Shown: positions 13,090-26,830, counted from the first letter of the whole stretch. The stretch is 62,974 nucleotides of DNA, filler included, from Octopus bimaculoides (GCF_001194135.2; 7 parts of 7 records of this genome joined end to end with filler, not necessarily neighbours in it), one strand, 5' to 3'. The notes: generated by a model from the sequence alone, not told the origin. Numbers and translations are program-made.

Positions 13090-14280
13090 CTGGTTTAATA
13101 CTTTGTAACATAACCATTATTCAGTTCCACTTCAACCAATTTGTTCTTGTTGTTCTTAATCAATGACTCGCATTTTTGTTTAGGAATTTTTTCCCATTCT
13201 TCTCGACAAATTTTCTTCAAATCTGGAATGTATGTTGGGGCTCTTGAATGAATTTTAATTTTCAAATAGCACCACAAATTTGCAATGGGGTTCAAGTCAG
13301 GTGGCTGGCGTGGCCATTCTAATAATTTCATATTGTGATTGACAGTCCATTTTTTGGTAGACTTTGCTGTGTGCTCAAGGTCATTATCCTATTGTAAAAC
13401 CCACCCTTCACAAAGCTGGAGCTTTTCTACAGAGTCCCATAAATTATTGTTCAAAATATTTTGGTACATATCTGCATTCATTCTACCATCTATCACATGT
13501 AAATTGCCAGAGCCATTTGCAGAGAAACACCGCCACACCATGATGTTGCCACCTCCAAACTTTATGGTAGGAATTGTGTTTTTCGGTGAATAGGCGGTAC
13601 CATCTTTCCTCCAAACATGGCTATGCAAATTTCGTCCAAACAATTCAATTTTCCCAGAATGTATCAGATTTATCTTCATGTTCATAAACAAATTTTAAAT
13701 GGGCATCTCTATGCCTTTTAGTCAACAGTGGAGTTTTTCTAGGAGAGCATGACTTCAGTTCATTCCTATGAAGTTCATTGCTGATTGTTCGTAGTGTAAC
13801 ACTAGTCCCTGAAGCTAACAAATCTTCTTGAAAGTCTTTTCCAGTGATCATTGCAAGATTTTTTGATTCTTTGCTTCATTTTTTTTAAAGATCTAGGGGA
13901 AATCTTGCATGGTGCACTGGATCTTATTCTGTTTTCAACAGTTCCCGATTTTTTATAAATTTGAATAAATGAAGATATGGTAGAAAATGGAATACAAAGG
14001 GTCTCTGACATTTTCCTGTAACTTTTACCTGCTTTCCACTATTCAATAATTAAGTTTTTCACTGAATTTGTGAGTTCTTTACTTTTCGCCATTATTGTGA
14101 CACTACTTTATGTTGTCTCAGTGCTGAATGATGAAGCTAGCGTTTTGACACTTAAAAATGACTACTGATAAGATTATTGGAACAAACGAGAAAATTCTAG
14201 TAGAAAAAATTAATTTAACAGTATTTTGTGGCATAGAAAATCATAAATTTATTCTGTCCGAATACTTTTTTCACCCCTAA
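13090..14280 (-). mobile_element. Tc1-family transposon, 3' end truncated, transposase pseudogene
   Basis: ATG at 14092 (MAKSKELTNSVKNLII), [47 protein letters not shown]; TIR-like AGGGGTGAAAAAAGTATTCGG at about 14280-14258. Confidence 0.92.
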
Positions 14281-14528
14281 ATATTTATGATTGTATATAA
14301 ATTCATTAGTTACTATAATTTATTAGTTTCTTTTGTATAGTCTTAGTTTATGCATGTGTTTGCAAATATAGTATTGGTATATCCCATTTATGTTAATTAG
14401 AAATTAAATAAACTGAGATATTATACCTGGTTAAGGGGTAGAAATTCCATGTTAAAGTGATGTATTTTGAGTTGATATAAAGAATAATAATAAATGGAAC
14501 AAAACGCATATAATCAATAAGTTCCTTT

Positions 14529-14620
14529 AATTCCTACACATGTTTCAAAAATTATATGCATTCTACTCCAAAGGAATAAGAGATGCTGGTTTATACATAT
14601 AATTTTATCATCAGGGAACT
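14529..14620 (-). ncRNA. Type I hammerhead ribozyme motif with long stem II
   Basis: Minus strand AGTTCC-CTGATGA-T-AAAATTATATGTA..TGCATATAATTTT-T-GAAAC-ATGT-GTA-GGAATT: 6-bp stem I, 13-bp stem II, palindromic ACATGT in stem III; the first stem II pair is U-U instead of G-C. Confidence 0.7.
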
Positions 14621-14939
14621 ATTTTACAAATGCAAGACTTGTGCTGAATGCTAAGATTACGAAGTTAAATGACCGTTAGAAACAAGAACGTTAGTTTACA
14701 GGGAGCTGTTTTGGGAGAGAGGCTATGGACGCTATACTAAGAGTTTAAATTAAGAGAAGACATAATGAACCGCAGAAAATTCTTAAAATTAATAATAGTG
14801 GTAATAAAAAAAAAAATTTGTAAGTGGAAGGAGAAAAGGAAAGAATCAAATGGATTTGTGAATTGAGTAAATTTTCATATTAGACTAATTACGTAAATAA
14901 ACGTTTAGAAGGAAGGAAATTAAAGATGGATAGTAAATA

Positions 14940-15950
14940 TGGGTAAACATTAATGTTGTATCATATCAAGTTACGGTAATTAACCTAAATAAATGGCAAT
15001 AGAAGTGTACAAAACTATAAAATAATGAAATAATAAAAGAATACGTAACGTAGGTAAAAGTATATGCAAAAATACCTATTTGATGTAATATTGTAAATCA
15101 TGATAAACTAACGTATTATATCCCACCAGAGAAAAATGTGCTTCTTATATATTACTGTATAGCATAAATGTATATTAATGAAAAACGGGAGTGAATATTG
15201 GACATAATATAGAAGAAAGTACAATTAGAAAGATATCTTAGAATATTCTAATGGATAAGGAAAGAAGTGAAATAAATCTTGATTTGATAAAGATGAACGA
15301 AGGGGAATAAGCATGAAATTTATTTTGCAAAATTACTTACGCTAGCAAGAACTTTAGTATATACATAACAATATGTGTGAACTATATAAATATGACTATA
15401 TCTGGAATAAAAAAAGCCGTGCTAACTTGAGGAGTAAGAGAGTAGAGATTAACTTACAATGGGGGATAACCACTGATATTTTATCATATTAAGATACAGT
15501 AACTAATCCAAATAAATGGCAATACTTGATGCAATATCGTAAATTAATAAAAGAATACGTATGCAATGAATACATATTTAAAGTTATATTGGGATACTTG
15601 TCTAACTAAAACATTATATCCTGTCAGGAAAAGCATGCTACTTTGCATATTACTTTGTAGCACAGAGGTATATTAAAAGTAGAGTTAAAAGTAGGATGGA
15701 ATATTGAGATAAGGTACAAGTATTGATATATCTTCAAAAAAATATACTTATACATAAAGAAATAAATGAATTAAACGTGGATTTAGGAGGATTTGAAGGA
15801 GATGAACAAAGGGTAGTTAGCATGAAATTTACTTTATAGACTTACTTATGATAACAAAATCGATAGTATATCTGTAAATATACTTAAAACTCCATGAATA
15901 TAACTCTACGGGGGTTGAACTAACTGTACTAACTTGAGAAAGAGAGAGAG
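14940..15950. repeat. Diverged direct duplication of a ~510-520 bp AT-rich unit (2 copies)
   Basis: Shared anchors aaataaatggcaat (14987/15510), gatgaac..gcatgaaattt (15292/15801), ctaacttgag (15422/15930). Confidence 0.75.
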
Positions 15951-16184
15951 AAGGTAGGAACAGCTGGCGTTGGAGTTAGATATAATTGTTATTTTAGATA
16001 ATATTATAATGTTATTATTCTTATTATTGATATTATTATTATTATTATAAATTATTATTATAAATATAAAAAAATAAATTTATTATTATTACTATTATTG
16101 TTATTATTATTAATGTTAATATTAAGGAGATGGATATGTCATAGTAATATTTTGATTACTATAAAAAAAGTAAATTAATAATCA

Positions 16185-16432
16185 TCATCATCATCATCAT
16201 CGTTTAATGTCCGCTTTCCATGCTAGCATGGGTTGGATGATTTGACTGCGGACTGGTGAACCAGATGGCTACACCAGGCTCCAATCTGATCTGGCAGAAT
16301 TTCTACAGCTGGATGCTCTTCCTAACGCCAACCACTCTGAGAGTGTAGTGGGTGCTTTTACGTACCACTGGCACAAGGGCCAGTCAGGTGGTACTGGCAA
16401 CAGCCACGCTCAAAATGGTGTTTTTATGTGCC
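16185..16432 (-). mobile_element. RTE tail / SINE-like element
   Basis: (CAT)n-cgtttaatgtccgctttccatgctagcatgggttgga.., reverse complement of the 12920 copy. Confidence 0.8.
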
Positions 16433-16498
16433 ATATACATACATATATATACATAGATATATACATATACATATACATATATATACATATACATATGT

Positions 16499-16543
<45 letters not shown>

Positions 16544-16894
16544 TATATACATATATACATAAATATACATATACACACACACACATATATATATATGTAT
16601 ATATATATATCTGTTAAAGTCTGTCGTACCGGCCATGATGAAATACCACAAGGTATAGAAAATACGTATTCGCCTTTATATATTTAATCCTTTATATTGA
16701 ACACTCAATATTTCATCTATTCAATAAGACATATTCCATATATTCAATAAGACATTCAATACTTTATTTCATTGTACCATCCATTTTTATTTTATATTAT
16801 ATATTGTATATTCCATATTCTATATCCCACATTGGTTTTGCAGGAATATAAATAAAACATAAAAAACAGACAGTGCTGGAACTCTTTTAAACAA

Positions 16895-16935
<41 letters not shown>

Positions 16936-17347
16936 TACATACATATGTAGTAACGCCTGCGCACGCGTAGTCTTACGCATGCGTAGAATTAAACAAGCAA
17001 GCGTCTCCCGCTCAGTTCATTCTCTTTCACGCTGGCCAGCGATTGAGCATGGACGTTTGTTTAAAGCTGTCTCTACATCTTTCGGTCTTATACTCGACAG
17101 CTCGTTATTCTCACCTCTAAAGATGTATAACTAAAAAATTTGTATGTTTATCACCTAAATAAATGTTGTTTGAGTTGTTTAGTCTGGAGTTCAGCGTTCT
17201 GTCTATTTCTTTAATTTTATAGTAGAAAGTCAGGTATACAATCTAAAGATGTATAACCCACTTTCTACTAAACATATATACATATATATATATATGCATA
17301 TATATACACATATATGTATATATAGATACATATAGATAGATAGATAG

Positions 17348-17392
<45 letters not shown>

Positions 17393-17636
17393 NNNNNNNN
17401 NNNNNNNNNNNNNNNNNNNNNNNNNNNNNNNNNNNNTTAATTAATTAANNNNNNNNNNNNNNNNNNNNNNNNNNNNNNNNNNNNNNNNNNNNTATATATA
17501 TATATATATATATATTGTCTTTTTACATGCTTACACCGCGACCATACTGAGGCACCACCTAAAGGAATTTTTAGTCGAATAAATCAACCCCAGTACTTTG
17601 AAATGCACACGTGTGTTCCTGAGTGTGCATATATAG

Positions 17637-17682
<46 letters not shown>

Positions 17683-18132
17683 GTTTTTACAGATTCGTAT
17701 TCGTATGTTATACTGAAAATACGACTATGTTGCAGTTGAGTATTTATCATTTGGGTGTTAGTACCTTTTTGTAAGATCTTTGCACTTAGTGTAGTATAAT
17801 GAAGTTCTTAAAGACATTTTTCAGTATACTATACCTCAATCTAAACCTAGATATTCCACATATATATGCATGTATATATGTATGATTATGTATATGTGTG
17901 TGTGTGTATATATATATACATACATATATACGAACATAGTAATAATTTTATATTCAGGTATGTTCCTTATAGTATGTTGTTTAAAGCCCGTCCACAGTAT
18001 TCGGCTGCCTGATGTCAACAACAGTATGGTGACATATGCCACTGAATTTGCTCCAGGAATCCTTTTGTATCCGTCGGTTTTATATAAAGAAATGTGACAG
18101 ATAGAAAAAGAAATTCACAAGATACTTTATTC

Positions 18133-18295
18133 AAAACCACTACGATCGTTCCCAGCCATCATGCACCAGTATCATTTTGAAAAGTCACCTGAGGAGTCGG
18201 ATCAGCACTTATGATGCTTAACAATGGCTTGTACTACATCTCACCTGTAAGGTACCGGTGTATGATGGGTCGAAATGATCGTAGAGGTTCTAAAT
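18133..18295 (+). mobile_element. Penelope-like terminal remnant with partial inverted duplication and degenerate hammerhead
   Basis: GTCAC-CTGAGGA-G...C-GAAAT-GATC-GTA-GAGGT. The reverse complement of 18133-18172 (..catgatggctgggAACGATCGTAgtggt) matches 18253-18290. Confidence 0.45.
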
Positions 18296-18639
18296 AAAGA
18301 GTCGCGAGAATTTCATTTTCTATCTCACATTTTTGTACACACACACACACGCGCACACAGAAATAGCCTGAAACCAGGTCTGGTCTACTGGTCCCGTCGC
18401 TAGAAGGTGATAGGGGTTCGCTACCCTGCTCACAGTTCATTGGATGCAGTTCTGCATCGTTAACCAGCTAGAGGAGATGTCCTCCTGGGGTTAAAAATTC
18501 GCAGTAGAGTCCCTTCGAACGGATAGCCATGCTGAAGTGGCTACGAATATTACTTGTCAGTACAACCACTGCGTTGATCTCTTAGAGAGATTTGAAAACT
18601 AGCATTTTTGCACATAATATATACTAATATCATAAAAGG

Positions 18640-18775
18640 ATCAACAGAACAGCTTTCTCGTGAAATTAACGTGCAAGTGGCTGAGAACTCCACAGACACG
18701 TGTACTCTTAACGTAGTTCTCAGGAAGATTCAGCGTGACACAGAGTGTGACAAGGCTGGCCCTTTGAAATACAGA
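18640..18775 (+). mobile_element. SINE fragment
   Basis: gaaattaacgtgcaagtggctgag..cacagagtgtgacaaggctggccctttgaaatacag; shares sequence with 7930-7975. Confidence 0.6.
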
Positions 18776-19114
18776 CATGTATATCTAGAGAGGGAGTGAT
18801 ACACACACACACATATATATATATAAATCAAAAATGGAAAAACAAAACAATAAATTGAAGAATTATAAATTCAATTCAATTTTATACAAATGACACATCT
18901 CATAAATTACAGCTCTTTCCGCTAAACTGTTNNNNNNNNNNNNNNNNNNNNNNNNNNNNNNNNNNNNNNNNNNNNNNNNNNNNNNNNNNNNNNNNNNNNN
19001 NNNNNNNNNNNNNNNNNNNNNNNNNNNNNNNNNNNNNNNNNNNNTATATATATACATATATATATCATTAGTATTATTATTATATTATTATTTATATTAT
19101 TTATATTATATATA

Positions 19115-19535
19115 TATGCCTATATACATACGTATATGTATATACTTACATATATACGTATATACATATGCATATGTGGGCACATGACGTCACAGAACGT
19201 AAACAACATAATATACGAAAACATGAAATACGAAATACACCAATTTTGACCCCCCCCCCACGCAAAATCCCAAATTTTATTTAATTTGCTTTGCGGGAGC
19301 AACTGTTTTATCGAATGCGTATCTTGTCGTGAATTGCTGGAAATACAGATTAGAAAAACAGCCGACAACTGATGAAGGGTCATTCATTTTGTTGTTCGCA
19401 AAAAAGTTCATATTCCATGTATTCGTATTTCGTATTTTATGTTGTTTACATTCTGTGACGTCCTTTGCCCACATATGCATATGTATATATGTATATATGT
19501 AAGTATGTACATATACATATGTACATATGCATATA
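19115..19535. mobile_element. Foldback/MITE-like element with ~120-bp inverted arms
   Basis: catatgtgggcacatgacgtcacagaacgtaaacaacataatatacgaaa (19171) is the near reverse complement of tttcgtattttatgttgtttacattctgtgacgtcctttgcccacatatg (about 19428-19477). Confidence 0.8.
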
Positions 19536-19734
19536 TATATTATTTATATTATTATATGATTGAACGCCACGCATCCATTTCCAAGTAAGTTTTATCTATA
19601 TATATATAAATCCTCCTACAAAAAACAACACAACGCATAAAAATCTCATAAACAAAATATTACCTTACTCGGCTATAAATAATAATGTAAGACCAGAACA
19701 ATTAATAAACTTGTTGATATGACTATTATGTCCT

Positions 19735-20130
19735 GGAGCTCCTACCAACGAATTTTGAGCGAGGGATTGCGAATGAAAAGAGTTGCAGCAAAACTTGTGC
19801 CACGCTTGCTCACGGAAGATCAAAAGCAATCACGAATGCGTGTCGTGAACTAAAAGAACAGTTAGAAGTTGACCCAAACCTCTTTTCGAAGGTCATCACT
19901 GGTGACGAAATTTGTGGATGTAGAAGAGGTGAAGGAAAAAAACAACGGAAGCATTAAAAGGCATCACTTCGCAAGAGTTCCAGCACTGCTTAGAATAGTG
20001 GCAAACGCTCCTGGGCCGATGCTTTGCTTCAAGTGGAGAATACTTTGAAGACAATAAAAGAGTAAACATGTAAAACTAAGGGAATAAAATAATTTTGCAA
20101 AATTCTGGTTTCTTTTGGGTGTTCCCTCGA
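19735..20130 (+). mobile_element. Internally deleted mariner element
   Basis: RILSEGLRMKRVAAKLVPRLLTEDQK..VITGDE joined directly to the C-terminal ..SSGEYFE; TIR-like ttcttttgggtgttccctcga at the end. Confidence 0.85.
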
Positions 20131-20199
20131 TACAAACACACATACAAACACAATATTTATATTAGATACATATTTCATACTATATACATGTATGTATAT

Positions 20200-20415
20200 A
20201 TCTTTTATCTTTCACTATTTTCAATCATTAGACTGTAGCCATGCTGGGGCGCTTAAAGGAATTTTCGTCGAATGAATGGACCCGAATACTTCTTCAAGCT
20301 GGTACTTATTTCATCGGGACCTTCAGATGAACCCTCTAAGTTACATGTACATAAACATACCAACACCGTTGTCAAGTGGAGGTGAGTTCAAACACAAACA
20401 CAATGAGACACACAC

Positions 20416-20461
<46 letters not shown>

Positions 20462-20585
20462 GACGGGCTTCTTTCAGTTTTCTTATACCAATTCCATTCA
20501 CAAGATCGTCCTGAGGCTCTAATAGAAGACACTTGCCCAAGGTGCCACGCAGTGGGACTAAACCTGGAACCATGTTCCAGAGAAA
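20200..20585 (-). mobile_element. tRNA-derived SINE (same family as 46765-47152)
   Basis: gacgggcttctttcagttt..gaagacacttgcccaaggtgccacgcagtgggact. Confidence 0.75.
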
Positions 20586-21356
20586 TTAGCTAATTACCAT
20601 GCAGCTAATCCCGCGCCTATACGCATATACGTATCTGAATGCGATTACACAGACACATACACACACACACACACACACACATTTGTGTGAGAGTGTAGTA
20701 GGAAGGGAGAAGGAGGGGACGAGGAGGAGGAGGTGAAAAAGAAGAAGAAGAAGAAGAAGAAGAAGAAGAAGAAGAAGAGTTATAACATTGGTCCGTCCGT
20801 AAGAAGGCAAGCTGACTGTGGATGATGGATAAATTTCGGAGCATTATTGCAAACACACATACACACAAATACACACACACACGCACACACACGCGCACAC
20901 ACACATACAAGCACACACACACATACCAACACACGCGAACACACATACACACACATACACACACATACACACAACTAAGTGGAAGCTGTTTGATTCTAGT
21001 TATCACTTGGGACACTATTCTGCTATCATGCACACCACTGCAAATATATCGATATATTTTAGCAAGTGTAAAGATGCTTCTAATGGATATCTGTCTGAAG
21101 TGTCTGGTTGTCACGGCAACTGCATTCCTATATATACTTCCCTCGCGCCCCTACACCATTCTCTGCATTGTGGGGATATCAGCTCCGAACTAATACTATT
21201 TTGATAATCATTGGAATGCTATTGATTTGTAGCTTCAGAGTTATCTTTTTTTGTAGACACTCACTCGCACCCTCAGACACAGAGGCGAGCGCGCTCACAC
21301 ATACATACTTGCCTACATATACATGTATTCTGGTCGATAGACAGACAGACAGGCAA

Positions 21357-21412
<56 letters not shown>

Positions 21413-21453
21413 ATAGATAGATAGATAGATAGATATGCATACACACACACGCG

Positions 21454-21503
<50 letters not shown>

Positions 21504-21552
21504 CACGTATACATATACATATATATTCATATGTATATATATTTATATATAT

Positions 21553-21584
<32 letters not shown>

Positions 21585-21934
21585 GTATCTATGTATGTAT
21601 ATATACATNNNNNNNNNNNNNNNNNNNNNNNNNNNNNNNNNNNNNNNNNNNNNNNNNNNNNNNNNNNNNNNNNNNNNNNNNNNNNNNNNNNNNNNNNNNN
21701 NNNNNNNNNNNNNNNNNNNNNNNNNNNNNNNNNNNNNNNNNNNNNNNNNNNNNNNNNNNNNNNNNNNNNNNNNNNNNNNNNNNNNNNNNNNNNNNNNNNN
21801 NNNNNNNNNNNNNNNNNNNNNNNNNNNNNNNNNNNNNNNNNNNNNNNNNNNNNNNNNNNNNNNNNNNNNNNNNNNNNNNNNNNNNNNNNNNNNNNNNNNN
21901 NNNNNNNNNNNNNNNNNNNNNNNNNNNNNNNNNN

Positions 21935-21991
<57 letters not shown>

Positions 21992-22839
21992 TACATTATT
22001 CACACAGAGACACGCACATATATAAACTGTGTTCATATGTGCGTGCGTATGTGCAAATTATAATTTTATATATGTATGTTTATCTATATGTGTCTATATT
22101 TATTTTGGAATTCTTACCCGAATGAAGGGGACGAAAGAAACAAGGTTCCTTCTCTGAAATTTGAATATTAACAATGACTGTCTCATGTTGAACTGGAGAA
22201 AAGTTTTGTACATTTTTACCGTTGCGCTTACAAATTGTATTTGTAAGGTGAGTGTTAACTGTTCTCTTTTTTTTTTTTTTTGCCTAAAAGTTAAACATTT
22301 ACTAGAAGCACCAATAATTATTAGTTGAAATGTATATAATCCGGGTAGATGAGCTGCAGGTCCCGAATCAGTTGTCTATGTATGTTAATTTTCTTGTTAA
22401 TATTCGAAGAGATGCACAATGTCAGTTAACCTCCATAATTATACGTGAATTTTCTTTTCTGTCCCAAACAGCTATATGAGACGTGTTTAGTAGGTAATAA
22501 GATAGAAGTTATGATCTGAATACATACTTTGATAAGTATGTATTCAATAGCAGGGTTGCTGCTTATGTTTATCTCACGGCTGTCTTTTTTTAGGAATATC
22601 TTAGCAACATCATATCGCAATGACATTTGGGGGCAGTTGCTGATTACATAATTCATGTTCTCCACTGAAGTGTGACATAGTGTGACATAACCGATATTTA
22701 CAGTTGCATATTAGGGGCTTAAAAGTGTTATTATTTAATTAGACTAAAAGTTATCTCGCAACTATTTCTAGCTATTGGATTGCAAAAGCATAAGCTTATA
22801 AATGTGAGATGATATAGCAGCCATTGAGCCAAGAGTAGG

Positions 22840-23270
22840 TACATTTAAAGCAGCAAGCAGGCAGAATCGTTAGCACGCCGGCAAAAATATCTAGCGGCAT
22901 TTCGTCCGCTTTACGTTCTGAGTTCAAATTCCGCTGAGCTCGACTTTGCCTGTCATCTTTTCGGGATCGATAAAATGAGTACCAGTTGAGCACTGGGGTC
23001 GATGTAATTGACTTACCCCTTCACCCCAAACTGTTGGCCTCGTGCCAAAATTTGAAATCAATATTACCATTCCCTAAGGCAGCGAGCTGGCAGAATCGTT
23101 ACCGAGCTTAGAAGTATTTCTTCCGGCTTTACGTCTTGAGTTCAAATGCCGCGGAGGTCTACTTAATCTTTCATAATTCCAATGTTGATAAAATAAGTAC
23201 CAGTTGAAAATTGGGTCGATGTAATCGACTTACCCCCTCATCCAAAATTGGTGGCCTAGAAACCAATATT
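22840..23270 (+). mobile_element. Two adjacent copies of a second SINE family (ggcagaatcgttagcacgcc..ttctgagttcaaattccgc..aagtaccagttg..ggggtcgatgtaat)
   Basis: Recurs at 31098-31690, 41007-41270, 45420-45640, 47727-47900, 55540-55645 and 61140-61330. Confidence 0.75.
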
Positions 23271-23479
23271 AGCATTCCATTCATGTCTTCCTTTTCTGGC
23301 ACAGAGTGTTTATCTTCCGAGTGAGTGCTTCTTGAGAGTATGCAGTCAGCTCGCAGGATGTAATTCACTTTTGAGCATTTGGTCAATTCATTTATCTTTG
23401 CTATTGCCGTTTATTTATCTGAGTGATTTCATACGAAACGCACAAGCTATCTTCAGTCAGTAATATCATCTGACACTCA

Positions 23480-24000
23480 ACAGCTTTTTCCTCTTTTCTT
23501 CTGATGTAGAGGCTGTCGATATTATTCATTCTATGTTTGTTTGCACTCTTCGAGAACAAGAAGTAGGAACACAGGACACAACTGAATTTACTTTGAAAGA
23601 GAATTCGATAGCTAACTTCATCGATCGCTTGTGATGGAGACTATGATGAATAGTACTTTGTAGAAGATTTACTATAGCAGCATATGCAATTTGAACGACC
23701 TGTTTCAGTAAATAAAATAGCTTTGCCACTTTTCGGGACAACCATCATACGTTAGTGAAATCTATCTTGAGCCCAATAACCAGCAATGAGGTCAATGGGT
23801 GTCTTCCCATTATACAGTTTTCCCACAACATTGATGAATGTTAATGTCGATAAAAGTAGTTTTACTATTGATGTTATAACACCATTCTTGCTTGGTTATA
23901 TTTACCCATATTGTATTCTGATTAAAATCTTTCCTGCCATTCCAAGTCTTAGATGAAAATGATTTAAAATATTCCTGAGAAATGACTCTTTCTACTAAGA
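23480..24000 (-). mobile_element. Possible highly decayed piggyBac-like transposase C-terminus
   Basis: YNGKTPIDLIAGY..SRKVAKLFYLLKQVVQIAY loosely resembles piggyBac YNxxMGGVDxxD..KWxxKxFxxLLxxxxxNAY. Confidence 0.3.
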
Positions 24001-24230
24001 CATAACGGGATTTTTCACACTAGGAGTTTCCAGTTCTTGTTTCATTGTTATTAGGCCCAGTTCACTTTCTGTTGTTGGTGTACTGTGAACTTTTTATTTC
24101 ATTCCTTACAATGATTTTTAACCGTCCAGTATTCAGCGATCATATATATTTCCCTCTTCTATTGTTACTAACTTAGGTTGCATAATGTTGAATTGTTTCA
24201 TTACTACAACTGCTGTATTGGCAAACAAAT

Positions 24231-24720
24231 TTGCCATTCATGAAACAAAGTGAAAAATTAAAAAACTAATCAAACACTTATCTTAAGCAAAAGGCAATCA
24301 CAAAACCTAAAGAAACTATTATCTTGAACAAATAGGTTGAAACATTCACAGTATCCAATTGTAATGATAACCGATGTGGAACGTGTCGATACATTCATAC
24401 GGGTAGATCCATTAGAATAAAAAATGGAGATTTTCAAATGCAGATATGAACTGCAAAAGCAGAAATTTGATCTACTGCATTAAATGCCCTAATTGCGACG
24501 GGAAATGCATTATCAGAACGCTCATGAGTTCACAGACAACAAATCCGGAACGCTAATGTTGGTCAAATTTCATTGAGCGAACATATAGAAACATGTGGTC
24601 AGAAAATATTTCTAATTTTTCATTTCCACAAACTACATGACAGGAGTGAGGTTGGAAGAAAAATAAAGGAAAAACGTTTCATTAAAATGTTCAAACTTGT
24701 TCTGAACAGAACTAACAACA
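24231..24720 (+). mobile_element. Penelope-like element GIY-YIG endonuclease remnant
   Basis: SKRQSQNLKKLL..CNDNRCGTCRYI..MNCKSRNLIYCIKCPNC..VHRQQIR..LSEHIETC..KEKRFIKMFKLVLN across frameshifts. Confidence 0.75.
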
Positions 24721-26751
24721 ATAATATAACAACCAGTTCATGAGGTGTATTAAAAAATATCTTTAACATATGAATATAAGCAAATGACAGAAGACCCCCA
24801 TCGATTGAAATAAAAACGATCGAAGCCAACTAAGTTTATTCACTCATAAAACCATTACATGTAAATCGCAAACTAATTGGTTAAAATAAAGGTGGGGTCT
24901 ATGCCAATAATATCGGTGTGCCAGGAAAACTGTGATGCTTAAGCTGCACGCTGATTGGTCAAAACTGTATTCCAAAAGTTCAGCTTGTCAGAGCCTTCTA
25001 AAAAGTATAAAAAGGAAAAGGAAGAAGCCAGTCATTTTACTACAGTTGTCAAGCACTAAGCTCAACTGTCAGTCAATACATTTTGAAATCTGATACTACG
25101 AACGTATGAAAGCGCTAATTCAACTTTATGAACATTACTAAATATTTTTTTATGTTTAACACACTTCAACATTGTAAAACATTCTTTTGAAATACAGTAA
25201 TACAAAACTTGAAAACCAGACGATGTTGTAACTTTATTCAACAGATATATATATATATAAATGCACATACACCTACTCGTGTACATTTGTGCGAGTATAC
25301 ATTCAAATAAATTGTTAAGTCGTCTGATAAGGTTTTAATAACAGGTAGAGTTGTGGTCGTTGATTTATTTATTTATCTATTTGCTTCTATATTTTACAAG
25401 CAAGAATATATCCGCATTGCATTGCTTCGCACTTAGACGCGCATTGATATTTTGATATATAGCAGATAGGTTTAAATATTTTAGTCGAATGTACATTTGG
25501 ATACCCTGCTAAACTTGACATTAAGCATATTTTGGTAAATAGGAATGCTTTCAGTACAATCATTTCACCCCTGTTATTTATGATCATTGCCGGGCACCAT
25601 TATAACGGTTACATGAATCTTAATGATCTGCAAATCATCATTTAAAAGTTGCAATTTAAAGGATAAGTCCAAATAGAATTCAAATTTTCTTCCCTTCAAT
25701 GAACTTCAAATCTCCTTTCTAGATCGTTAACGTCTGATGACAAAATATAGTTATTTTAACTGCTTTGATAGTTGTATTCTCAAACGCTGTTTTGTGCTAT
25801 AGCACATTACTAGCATTACAAACTAATAGAACTATGTCAGCGGTTTTAGATGAGCGTGTAATTTTATAACTACTTCATAGATATCATATACGATTTGACA
25901 TTTTTTTATCGTTATGAACATACAATGAAAACATCACTCATTACTAATCTGAAGCCTAAAAGAATTTCCGATGTCCGTTGATTGAAGTAGTCCCTCTAAT
26001 TATCATTGGCTTACAATTGTTTCTAATCAGCTTAAATCCAATGCAATATCCTGACAACACCATAAGACGAAATTGCTATATTGACAGATTATGTCTCCTG
26101 TATAAAGGTGACATGAATGGTCAGTAAGAGTTAACACAAGTTCCATCTTCTGTAATTGGTACTAAATAAAAGAACGAAAATACAGATATATATATCCATC
26201 TGTGTATTGTCCTTAATGGAAATATGTTACGAACGGCAAATTAAGTGTAGTCTTCGCCCGGAAATAATATCTCTTACGGACGTGCCATGTGTAAAAACAT
26301 TAATATAATCAGTAGCAAACGAAAATGATCAAGCAGTGGTGGTGAAAATGATAGATGTGTATTTTTGATTTTTATGACTTTGCCTGAAGCAAGTATCCAT
26401 TGGAAAGCATATACTAAAGCAAAATCCAACGTTTCTGATAAAGGAAAACTGTGATTGAAAAATCGTTGATGTTGGAATTAGCCGCCAGGCTAATCTCTTA
26501 AGCTACTGACAAAACCTTTAGAGGCAGAAATGCGCTTCTAGCTTTCTCATCACCACTGCTGAGCGATTTTCCGCTACTACTGATGAATTTGTGTTTTTAG
26601 CCATAGAACGTTCTTAAGAGATATTATCTTCGGACGAATGCCACAATTAATTTGCGGTCATGTATTCGCATTAAGAGTGATACACAGATGCCTATCTTAA
26701 TGTAAGACTGCTTCTGTTGCATATAGCAGATGTTTATATATGCCTATTTAT

Positions 26752-26830
<79 letters not shown>

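Noticed and set aside
25733-26625. CTGATGA words at 25733 and 26579 (also 5084, and 48662 on the minus strand)
   Set aside because: No properly placed GAAA and NUH with pairing stems.
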